From Mytilus californianus (lineage: Eukaryota): a stretch of DNA of 64,000 nucleotides. The stretch is from positions 84,940,001 through 85,004,000 of the forward strand of contig NW_026262679.1 of assembly GCF_021869535.1 (NCBI RefSeq), written 5' to 3'. The notes beneath the pieces are model-generated. The model did no database searches and was not told where the DNA came from. It was given only the letters and a program-made list of their open reading frames with translations. The position numbers were made by a program, and so were the translations under genes. The first letter of the stretch is position 1. Each line of letters starts with the position of its first letter. Shown here one piece after another: positions 51,780 to 62,921 of the stretch.

Positions 51780-52718
51780 TTTTATAATGCAACTAAAATT
51801 AATATATTGATAGCTATTTTAATTGTAACACAAGCTTCAAACTTATTTTCACGCCTAAACGAACCCCTGGTTGTAGAAAAAGTGATCCATCATGAAATAG
51901 ACATTGCACAAAATATAGCTTTGTTACTATATTTAGGAAATAAACACAACTAGTTGCAGTATAAATGTAACTTATCAAAAGTTTAAACATCAATAGACCA
52001 TAACTGAGGGGACGGGGCCATATAATCTCCATGAAAATGAAATGTGTCAATGCTAAAACAACTGCAAACCAAATACCAGTGGTTAAACTGACCTGATTAC
52101 AAACAAAGCCCGCCTCCAGTTGCAGGAATTTCTCGCTGTGTTGAAGATCCATTGGTGGCCTTGAAATGTTTTCTGTTTTTTGGTTGGGTTGTTGGTCTCT
52201 TTGACACATTCCCTTTTTCCATTCTCAATTCTATGTAAACTAAGCAAAAGTTTCAAAGTCTATGACTGAGGGGGCAGGGCCAAATAATCTCCATGGAAAT
52301 GAGATGTGCCATAAACTGACCTAATCACAAACTAATACATTGTTGACGCCACCGCTGGAAACAGCACGCCTGTCTCCCTTTTTTCGACTTTGTTGAAGCG
52401 AGACAAAAATTGTATGTTGCCCTCTAGATGTCTTTTGGTTGTTTATGTCATTGAATTCCTTTTTATATACTTTAATTTACGTTTCCCATTTGTTTTTATT
52501 GCTCACTAAAATATGAAACAAGTTTATGGTTAGGAATTTGATTCATAAAGACTGGTACACATTGCAAGAATTTTATAAGCACTCATGATCATGTTTAAAG
52601 CGGTCATATTCTTATGTGCCTGTCCAAAGCCAGGAGCCTATAGTCCAGTGGTTGTTGTTGGTTGCTGTCTGCCATGACTGATTTTGTTGAAATGTATTTG
52701 CTTAAATCAGGCTGTTCA

Positions 52719-52801
52719 ACTATGACATTACCATGGTAACAGTACAATTTAATTCAAAACTGTTGAATTAAATTGTACTGTTACCATGGTAATGTCATAG
52801 T
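52719..52801. repeat. Perfect palindrome, 39-bp arms, 5-nt loop
   Basis: ACTATGACATTACCATGGTAACAGTACAATTTAATTCAA-aactg-TTGAATTAAATTGTACTGTTACCATGGTAATGTCATAGT. Confidence 0.97.
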
Positions 52802-53292
52802 CACACTATGGCCTATAAATTTAATCATTTTCTATTAAAGTCTTGTGCCTACATACATCTTATTGAATTAAGTGATGATTGCATAATTTAAACTGTTTGG
52901 TGTTTTGCCAAAAAAGTGTTTTATAAAACCTTATTCAATTTTGTTCATCTTTCATGATGGATACACCATGGATAGCAGGCATCACATGTTTGTAAATCAA
53001 TGCTAATGTGGAAAAGGTACCATGAAAATGACTTTATATTAGTATATAAGTACTGACAAATAACTACTTTACAGACTTTTATTACAGTTAATATGTAAAA
53101 CATTGTTCATCTTGCTACTACAGCTTTCTGAACTCATCAGAAGCGGAGGAACACAGTTGTCCTTTTCTTTCCTTAAATGCATTTTATTTTGATACTATTC
53201 ATCACCAAATTCTATACATTCTCATGTCTTCTGCTCGATATTCGTTCTCTCCAATAACACTCAAAGTTGAGAATAAATTTGAACATGTCCTG

Positions 53293-53530
53293 TCATGTGA
53301 AGGAGGGAGTTATTTCTTCAGGAAATTGAACAACTGTTTTTGTACCTTCAATTTCTATTGATTCAAAGATGTAGCGTCTACAACATCGACATTCTTGTCC
53401 ACATTTTTCTGATCCACATTTAGTACATGGAAAATGGCATCCTGGGCAATTCATACTTAAACAGTCACAAATGTCATTACTGTTTTCAAGATATAATCCT
53501 AATTCATCATATACTTGGTTCTTTTTTATA
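53293..53530 (-). CDS. ARL14EP: ARL14 effector protein-like, last coding exon (Cys-rich ARF7EP C-terminal domain)
   Basis: atttcAG acceptor. Reads IKKNQVYDELGLYLENSNDICDCLSMNCPGCHFPCTKCGSEKCGQECRCCRRYIFESIEIEGTKTVVQFPEEITPSFT*, which carries the diagnostic CDCL-x2-3-CPGCHFPC-x-KCGS-x-KCG-x-ECRC-x-R pattern. Absent from the ORF track. Confidence 0.92.
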
Positions 53531-54550
53531 CTGAAATGATAAAAATTTCAAGGTGATCAACCTGTAGAATATCATTATCTTACCTCTGCTATAACATTAA
53601 TTTCAGAGGAAACCTATTTACAAGAAAACAGTCATACAACATTTCTGAAAGAAAGAATAAGTTTTCAAAACCATGCATAATTAATATTGAATAGTTTTCT
53701 AAATCTTTATATATGTTGTGTGTACAATGTGGGTAATTTACTTATACTACTGTCGGTTCAGTCTTTTAAATACATGTACTTACATTGTAAACCAAACACA
53801 TGTACATTGTATACAAAAATCATTTCTAAAAATTATTCAAAAGAATAATTTACTAAAACTAACATTGTAATTTGACTTTATCTGTACAAAATCTGATTTT
53901 ATTGTTTAAGTTTAATGCATGATTAAACATATAATGGTATCCTGGATAGCATTTCACAATAAATTGCTTCGCCGGGCGCAGCTGGATACGACCGCAGAGG
54001 TCCAACCCTGAACAGTTGGGGCAAAAACGGACATAATATTCGCGCTTGATACAGGTCTGAATTTGGATTGTAATTAAATATTTGACACATAAAAGGTTTT
54101 TGACACAGAATAACTGTAGTCAAAGAACTTAGAATTGGTTATATGATTTGAATTTATATTCAATTTTTTGCTTTTGTGCAATACACTTTGCTGTTGCGAA
54201 TTGACCCCCCCCCCCCCCCCCCTTCCCCCCACAAAAAAAAAATAATTTACCCCCCCTTTTTTTTTTGCTTTTGTGCAATATACTATGCTGCTGCGTATTA
54301 TAAATTTACCATAGTGCTACCTTAATCTATTTTATAATAGAATTTAAAATATGGTGTCAAATCTTTCATATGGATTTTTTTGTAAAAAAAAAAAGATGCA
54401 ACATTTGCAGATATTTTTACTGGTCTTCCTTTATAAATATGCATTTCTTCAAACATAATTTAAAAGCAGTGTAAGGGAGGTAATCAAAACGTTGTGTTTG
54501 GATTACCTCCCTTACACTGCTTTTAAATTGTCTTAAGTAATTGCTCATTA

Positions 54551-55199
54551 GGGTGCTATAAACAGTTTCGTATAAAAAACAAGGGGTATTTCCCCAGTGA
54601 GATTTACATACTGATGGAATACCCTGCTATTTATATACCACTGAATGAAAAATTTGATTGTTTTTTATGTTTAATGTGAAAAACATATATTGAAGTTCAA
54701 TTAAAATGCCACTTTTGTCAAGATTTTCAAAAAAAAAAATGTTTTTGTGACTTCCTACTATATGGGAGGCAACTCCATAAACAGCTGATTTTCACCCGTT
54801 GCTAAAAGCACTTTTTCTTGTCAGGTAAGATAGCGACTCTCGGAGCAGGAAAGCATACCCTGAAACTTCATTATCTAAAATCAGCCGGACAAGCTCTTCG
54901 AAATACACCTTATTAGAAATATGTGCCCAGGTTATTGATCCATGGGCCCAAAGGTGGTATGTTTTTACGGTTTTTTACAGGGAAAATGCCTCATTTGCAG
55001 CTTATAACTTGTACCAATTTGCATTTTAAACCAAGAATTGTTGGAATTATTTTTATTTATTAAAAAAATTCATGGAATTATCTTTCCGTTGATGTATAGA
55101 TATCTATATAACTATGAATATTTGACTTCTATATGATGGGTCCAATTGTTCATGCCCTGTTACATAATGACTTCACGTAAAAAACTATTGATTGCACCC
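54551..55199 (+). repeat. Left long terminal direct repeat (649 bp)
   Basis: Begins GGGTGCTATAAACAGTTT and ends AAACTATTGATTGCACCC (15/18 inverted match). Confidence 0.95.
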
Positions 55200-55471
55200 T
55201 TTAGGCCTCAGAAATATGCACAAAAAATCTAATTTTTCTGTTTAAGATTTTTCAAGACAGCTTAGGTGCAGTTTTTTTTCAGCATACACATATCATTTGT
55301 CATTTTTGTGACCATTTATGCTCAATTGCAAGTTACTCTGGGTTTATTTCATGCATAAACAGTATGTTATTGAGTCCAACGAGAAAGATAATTTTACCAT
55401 GCTTTTTACAAATTTTTTTCAGAATATTCAATAATAGTTGCATATAATTTTATTACCATTTGTTTCATGAC

Positions 55472-55839
55472 ATGTCCAAAGCGTATGAAACTGAATTTTC
55501 AGATGAAGAACAGCAATATTTAAAGTCTGAACTTTTTCACTTTAATAATATTAATGGCTGTCATATTTGGTATGGAACATCAAACGCAGATGGATATGGC
55601 ATTATAAGACCAACTTTTCGAGGCAAAAAGCAAAATTTCACCGTACACCGCCTTCAATATTTTTTGGCAAATGATTGCAAATTTTCTAATATCAGTCACC
55701 ATGTTTCACATTTATGCCACACAAAGAAATGTTTAAATATTGATCATTTATCCTTGGAACCTGTTATAATAAATATCGAGAGTGTAAACCTTTTAGTACA
55801 TGTCAAGGACATAATGGTTTTAAAAACTGTATATTCTGA
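55472..55839 (+). CDS. His-Me finger (HNH, zinc-binding-loop homing-endonuclease-like) nuclease, one frameshift
   Basis: GCHIWYG...DGYG...TVHRLQYFL...VSHLCHTKKCLNIDHLSLEP in ORF 55460-55894. After a shift near 55770 it continues YRECKPFSTCQGHNGFKNCIF* (TGA 55837-39), completing the Cys/His Zn site. Confidence 0.88.
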
Positions 55840-55877
55840 GGTAAGGAAAGAAAAAACAGTTCAGTTGGTTTCACATT

Positions 55878-57692
55878 TTAATTATTTACATTGATTCCAT
55901 AGTTATGGATTTCATTTATATCATTACAACGGCTACTATACATTGAACCTAGTCTTACTCTTCTGTTCTGTCTTTTACACTTTGCCAAAAATTTTTGAAT
56001 TTTATATTTTGCTGTTTTTTTTCTTTGAGAATAGTATATCTTTTCGTATCATAAATTTAAAGAACGGAGCACATTTAGAAAAATTAAGTCCAAGAGATTT
56101 AGCCAATAAGATAGAAGATTTTCCAGTTCTAAATGTAGAGGAGTGACATGCAGAATGACATAAACCAGGAAAATTTCTTTTATGTAGTACAGATTTTGGA
56201 GCATATGTGAAGACACGGTGATGCAAGCTCTCGCATTGATTTGTTGTGTGAAGACTAGAAATTTTATTTAAAACATCCAAAGAAAGAGACTTATTTAATG
56301 CAGATTCTATTTTTTTGTTGTCTACCACACTAAGATTCAAATAAACTCCATATGGCAAGAATTTTGTATTATAAGTGTCCAAATGTGCACAGCAGGCTAC
56401 AGAATTTGAAACAAGAGACAATATTTTTGATTGCTGACTGTGCTAAAGTTGCAAAATTATGTTGTTTACTAATTTTGTGAATGCGCACTAACTTGAGCCT
56501 AACCCTTGATCTAATGCAAGTAGCCAATCTTTGCCGAAAAAAGTCTCTGTCATAACCAGGTTGTAATTTAGAAAAAGTTAAATTTTTTATATACTTTTGA
56601 ACAGTGCGAATCGATGTACAAAACATTGATAGTACCGGATGGAGTTGCCTGACTTTTTTCCAAATTCTCTCACAACTTTACTCAATTGAGCACTTGCATC
56701 ACTGGTCACAGATTTCACTTTTAAAATTTTAAGATCATTCATTTTTTGTAAAAAAATTTCGGCAAGTTTGCCTTCACTAGAAGAAATGGTTTCTTCAGAA
56801 CTATAAGTTTTCTTACATTCATTATGACTACAATTAGTTTTCTTGTTGCAAAGTTTGTTAGTGGTTGACATTGTCATAAGTAGATTAAGTCCAGTATTTT
56901 TTTCAATTAGTGGGCAAAAGGACTGTGTACCGGCCTCATATCCGACTTGGTTTCTGTTGTTATAGGCCGTGTCAACTTCATTTTCTTTTCCTATGCAGTG
57001 ATTAAATTTTTGAACAAATTGCTGATTTTTTATCATTGCCGCTTCATTTAATTCTATCATTTTGTCACATTGTTTGTTGACATTTGTAGATATTAACTGT
57101 AAACTTGGTACCTTGATGTTAAGACATGCTAGGGCCATTTGTAAATCTGTTCCACCCATTTTTGTTTTTAGTACTGCAAGAGTCATTGCCTCATGGAGGT
57201 AACCAGCAGCTGGTCCTCTGCTTTTTTTTTCACATTCAGTGTAAACTTTACGGGACCTTGTGTCAAAATGGCATTTCTCACAAATGGCACGAAGAGAAAT
57301 ACATAAGCCCATGCGCTTTGAAATAGCCACATCTACTTTTGAATGGTTCCTGCACCTGTGTTTTATGCACTTTTTTTATAAAATCTTTTTACTTTGAAAA
57401 ATTTACTATGATGTTTTCGGAACAGTCCTCCTGTTCTTCAGTTTCCTCCTTATGGGAATGACGAGGCCGCAGTCTTGTTGGCAATGTATTTGCTGCACGG
57501 TTATGCTGTGTCAGTGCAGCTTCATAAATTTTCATTTCAGGTTTACTGATTCTGATGTTTGCAGCATTTGAAGGATCTGCTTCAGCACCTAATTCAAACT
57601 GTAACTTATTGTTCCAAGGTGTGTAACCTTTGTTGAAGTTATTTTTTTTTTCTCCTCAGTTTTTTGTTTTTCCTCCTATCTTGGCCAGGCAT
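55878..57692 (-). CDS. Kolobok-type DDE transposase, broken by several frameshifts
   Basis: ATG at 57692, FNKGYTPWNNK N-terminal motif after a poly-A shift. Consecutive minus ORFs 57330-56587 (C-x2-C, EVDTAYNN, SVTSDAS, CFVHR), 56626-56369 and 56421-56002 (TTNQCESLHHR). A further shifted tail ends near 55878. Candidate catalytic D, D, E lie in those motifs. Confidence 0.85.
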
Positions 57693-58466
57693 TTTGAACT
57701 TTGTATTTTAACTTTGTTTCAAATGAAATATTTTGGTCTGCTATTGATGACCTCACAAATGTCGCTATGACGTCAAGATTGTCTCAATGATGTTAATAGA
57801 CAATAGCAGATTTATTTTATTTACATATGTTGAGAAAATTTTTATAAAATTGCCAAGTGCAAATGAAATATTGTTTAATCTTTTTATTTTACTTTCTTCA
57901 TTGTGTGTGAATTTGCAAATTTGAAATTAAAGGATTATCTCCCCCTTGACCACAAATGAACTCTATAATATAGAGGTGTGTATTTTTTATTTTGTTGATA
58001 ATAAAATGAAAAAAAGTTGATTATTCATGGTTCAATATGTCATATTAGAATTTCTTTACTAGGTTGACTGTCGTTTATTGTTAGATATTGGCTTTTTCAT
58101 TGTTATATGTTTTATTATGTTAAAAATCCTGGTTTATGTGTACACCATTTTAACCATACAGTGCAATTATATGGCCAGAATTCATTGTGATTGACCTTTT
58201 CTAGAAGTTGAAGTCTCTGTTGATCATGTTATCGATTTTATTCAACAGAAGAATGAGTTGCAATAAATAATGTCTTCACAGATTTAATATTCAGATTTTT
58301 CATCTTATTGCCTCATAGAAGGTTTGATGCATTGCATACTGAAATGACAATATCTCAGCCATTTTTACACCAAAATACAAGTTCAAGGCACCAAAATGCC
58401 TGAAATGACACTGGGTTTGCAACTTGATGCACAAATGGATTATTAAAAGACATGCTAACTGGTTAA

Positions 58467-59123
58467 GGGTGCTATAAACAGTTTCGTATAAAAAACTAGG
58501 GGTATTTCCCCAGTGAGATTTACATACTGATGGAATATCCTGCTATTTATATACCACTGAATGAAAAATTTGATTGTTTTTTATGTTTAATGTGAAAAAC
58601 ATATATTGAAGTTCAATTAAAATGCCACTTTTGTCAAGATTTTCAAAAAAAAAAATGTTTTTGTGACTTCCTACTATATGGGAGGCAACTCCATAAACAG
58701 CTGATTTTCACCTGTTGCTAAAAGCACTTTTATTTGTCAGGTAAGATAGCAACTCTCGGAGCAGGAAAGCGTACCCTGAAACTTCATTATCTAAAATCAG
58801 CCGGACAAGCTCTTCGAAATACACCTCATTAGAAACCTCAAATATGTGCCCAGGTTATTGATCCATGGGCCCAAAGGTGGTATGTTTTTAAGGTTTTTTA
58901 CTGGGAAAATGCCTCATTTGCAGCTTATAACTTGTACCAATTTGCATTTTAAACCAAGAATTGTTGGAATTATTTTTTATTTATTAAAAAAATTCATGGA
59001 ATTATCTTTCTGTTGATGTATAGATATCTATATAACTATGAATATTTGACTTCTATATGATGGGTCCAATTGTTCATGCCCTGTTACATAATGACGTCAC
59101 GTAAAAAACTATTGATTGCACCC
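58467..59123 (+). repeat. Right long terminal direct repeat (657 bp)
   Basis: Differs from the left copy by about 12 substitutions and one 8-bp insertion (hand count). Flanked by TTAA on both sides (58463-66, 59124-27). Confidence 0.95.
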
Positions 59124-59935
59124 TTAACCATTACTTTATACATAATTTAAAAGCGGTGTAAGGGAGGTAATTCAAATGATAAGTTTAAATTACCTCCCTT
59201 ATACTGCTTTAAATTATGTTTTGTACTAAAGTTATTGTTCATTAACCAGATACCCTTGTTTTTTTTCCCTTTTTTGCCCTAAACGGTTTTAGCCATAACC
59301 CCCCAAAGCAAATCCTAACCATCCCTTTGTGGTATGGAAACTTGTGGTATAATTTCAGAGAGATCCATACACCATTCCACAAGTTATTGTCTGGAAACTA
59401 GAAAAATGCTTATATGGGCCCCTTTTTGGCCCCTTATTCCTAAACTGATAAGACCATCACTCCCAAAATCAATCCCAACCTTCCTTTTGTGGTTATAAAC
59501 CTTGTGTTTAAATTTCATAGATTTCTATTTAATTATACCAAAGTTATTGTCCGGAAACCAATTGTCTTCGGACGACGACGATGACAACGACGACAACGTG
59601 ATACCAATATACGACTGCAAAATTTTTTTGCGGTCGTATAAAAATGTGTATGATAATCTTACTTTTCATGCTTGTTGTACATTAAATCGTAAGCATTTAC
59701 CCATTTAGATTTTTTTTAACCTCAGATTTTGATGTAGAAAATGATTTAATCAGAAGTTTACATGTACAGATGGTAACTGTTACTTGTAAGTCAATTTGTA
59801 GAGGATTAATATCTGTGGAGCAAAAAATGAACAGTCGAAAAACAGAAAATGCACAAATTTTTATATCAAGAAGCTGTTGCTTTTAAACTACAATTGCACG
59901 TAATTGGATTTATCTGAATAATAAAGTAAACAAAC

Positions 59936-60063
59936 TTTTCTCTGTAAATTCTTCTGTTCATTTTCCTCATTTCCCTTGCACTTCTCTCTGGATCAAAATT
60001 ATCCATAAATTTTCCTGGATTTGCAAAGGAAAGGGATTTTAACTCTTTTGCTACAGTTTGGCT
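59936..60063 (-). CDS. ARL14EP: ARL14 effector protein-like, penultimate coding exon
   Basis: Poly-T-cAG acceptor. Reads SQTVAKELKSLSFANPGKFMDNFDPERSAREMRKMNRRIYRE, matching the LKSLxFxNPG...DFxPE family motif. Ends in phase 2 (AA), which joins T-ATA of the last exon to give N-I-K-K. Confidence 0.88.
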
Positions 60064-61327
60064 CTGAAAAAAAAAGGTCAGAAATATATAATTTATAATT
60101 TCAATCTGTTAGTTAAACATGTAAACTAACATATTCAAATTCTGTTACTAGCAGGACAATTATTCCAATTGTTGAAGGCCGTACTGTGACCTATAATTAC
60201 TCTTATTCATATCAGCGTAATATAAACTCTGGTGGATAGTTGACTCATTGGCAATCGTACCACGTCTCCTTATTTTTATATTGTAAAGATCCATATCTTA
60301 TTATTATTTACACAAATAAACTTACTTTTTCTCTACAGAGTTCAGTCTAACAGACTCTTCCCCCTCTCCATCATCTATAAGATGCATTAGAATTATATTT
60401 TTACATTAAAATCTTGTGAAAAATAAATAACTTTACTATTTCATCAGGGCCTAATCTAGGATTTTTGAAAAGGAAAAGTGACTTCTCCTCCCATGAGAGA
60501 GTACGGAGAAGTGGTCAACTTCTTGGAGAAGTGAAATTATTGTTTCGGTTGCGTTGTACATGTATTTTAGTGCTTACAATCTATCTGGCTGATATCCAGT
60601 TGAAATTAAACAAAAGAAGTGAAACTCTTTATTTGAGAAGGTAAAAAAGGCTAAGTTGGTATATTTGAATTGTTTACATCTGTTACTATGGGCTTTAAAA
60701 GTTTAATGTAGGTGCATAATTTAGGATTTTATGCATCTTATATATATGTTTTACTTAAATCATAGTATGGAGCTTCCAGATATTTGTTAACTTTAAAATT
60801 GAAGACAAATTTTCACAAAAGAGTCGATTGTGGTAGGTGTAAATTCATGTGGATCTTTTTTGTGCATAAGCATATATATATATAAATTTCGCCAATAAAA
60901 ATTCCACAGAGATATAAAATTGATCTTTTTTAAGCATTAATTTGCATTTCTGCCCCCAACAACAGTTTTTTTTTTGAAAAAACCCTAAAAATGGGCAATA
61001 ATTTCATCGAAAAGGGAAAGTCGAGTACACCTTTTTATGTTCAGGCGTGTTTGAGTTGACTATTTTGTCTTGAAAACATATAAAGCAAAAATATTTGATA
61101 CATCATATCGCTTCAGATTCTATTATTTTATATATTTGGGCTACATGTACAGGTTGATATAATAACATAAAAAACTTACAGTACTAGAAAATGTAATATA
61201 TGGGTCAAGTGAAATACCTTTCTAATGAGTCATAACAACAGAGCTGGTGATTCAAACAAATTTTACTGAAAACTCTTGACAAAAGACTTTACAAGTGGAT
61301 ATCTTAAAAATGCATAACTTAAAAAAA

Positions 61328-62284
61328 TAAACTGCTTCGCCGAGCGCAGCTGGATATGACGGCAGAGGTCCAACCCTGAACAGTTGGGGCAAAAATTGAC
61401 ACAATATTCAAGCTTGATACAGGTCTGAATTTGGATTGTAATTAAATATTTGACAAATTATAGGTTTCTGACACAGAATAAATGTAGTCAAAGAACTTGA
61501 AATTGGTTATATGATTTGAATTTATATTAAATTGAAGATTTCTTGCTGTTGTGCAATACACTGTGCTATTGCGCAATACTTAGTAAATCTGTTTTTAGAC
61601 TATATACAAAGAATTTGCAAAATAAATAGTGACCCCCAATTTTTCTTTGGAAAATTGACAATTTCTTAAATTTGATGGAAAAAATTACCAACCAACCCCC
61701 AAAAAAAATAACGTTTGAAGAAATTTTCTTTTAAATTTCTTAAATCTTGAGGGAAAAAAATGCCCCCCTCACCAAAAAAAAATAATGTTTTTTTACCCCC
61801 CTCCAAAAAAATAAATAAATTTGAAGAAATTATCTTTTTTTGTAAATTGTGGTACAATTTAAGAGACATCCACACAAATACACTTAAACACAAGTTATTG
61901 TCTGAAAACTAGAAAAATGCTTGTTTTAGATCCTTTTTGGCCCCTAATTCCTGAACGGTTTAGGCAATTATCCCCAAAATGAATCCCAACCTTCTACTTG
62001 TGGTATTGAACCTTGTCGTACAATTTCAGAGCAATCAAAATACATATACACAAGTTATTGTCCTGAAACTAGAAAAATGCTTTTTTTGGGCCCCCTTTTG
62101 GCCCCTAATTCCTAAACAGTTGGGACCATCACCCCCAAAAACAATCCCAACCTTACTTTTTTGGTATTGAACCTTTTGTTTAATTTCATAGAGATCCATA
62201 CACTTAAACTAAAATTATTGTCTGAAACCAAATGTCTTCGGACGACTACGATGTGATAGCAATTTTTTTGCAGTCATATAAAAA
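61328..62284 (-). mobile_element. HINE, third copy of the family
   Basis: actgcttcgccgagcgcagctggatatgacggcagagg at 61331, two to three units of about 155 bp at 61870-62230, terminus cttcggacgac...ttttgcagtcatataaaaa. Confidence 0.8.
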
Positions 62285-62921
62285 TCCATTTTAATGGGGG
62301 AATTATCTAGGGTAATGCGTCTTCAACCTCTGAAAATTTTTAGTCTGCCCTTCCACAAAATATTAAATCAGAATTTTTTTTTTAAACTTTCGAAAATTCA
62401 CCCTAACAACTGATTAGACAATAGTTTTAAGTTGACTTAAGGCGTAAAAGTACATGAAACAATGCTTAATAGCTAGTACATGTAGATACATTATCTTTTA
62501 AAATACAACTGGCATATAAGGATTGTGATGAAGCTATGTAAATAAATTTATTGGTTTTCAAGAGCCAAATTGACAGGGCATCATCCCTACAATGGCTCAC
62601 ATTTTTACGATTGAAAAAATTAGGTGGCGTAATGGGGAGATAATTTTGACGAAGTAGAATCTTGACTGCTATGACATATATATATATTAACAATGATTAA
62701 GGAAATTGTTTAAAATATGCAATAAAAAATATACCGGCAGTTTTTTTACATGATACTGTATATATTGAAAACTCTTAAATAGTATTGAAAATGTAGTTGT
62801 TATTCATTGTCATATCATTTGTACGGTAAATTTGAATTTGTTTAAATAAAATATCATGCATTAGTGACTCATGAGGATCTACCTCAATTCATTTGAAAAA
62901 TCACTCTCAATTTGTATCTGA

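Larger units (their letters stand above)
54551..59123. mobile_element. KolobokP-type composite-like DNA transposon: two long terminal direct repeats enclosing a His-Me finger endonuclease gene and a DDE transposase gene
   Basis: Direct repeats 54551-55199 and 58467-59123, each GGGTGC...GCACCC. TTAA follows the right end (ATTA precedes the left end). Convergent HNH (+) and transposase (-) genes lie inside. Confidence 0.92.
53960..59644 (-). mobile_element. HINE (same family as 31169 and 61328) hosting the KolobokP insertion
   Basis: gcgcagctggatacgaccgcagagg at about 53975. Other end has a (GAC)n microsatellite and the hairpin tatacgactgcaaaa-ttt-ttttgcggtcgtata-aaaa at 59608-59644. About 150-bp units at 59260-59560. 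Confidence 0.82.

Noticed and set aside
54551-59123. LTR retrotransposon or DIRS interpretation of the long direct repeats
   Set aside because: No TG...CA ends, primer-binding site, polypurine tract, gag, RT or tyrosine recombinase. The interior encodes a DDE transposase and an HNH nuclease.
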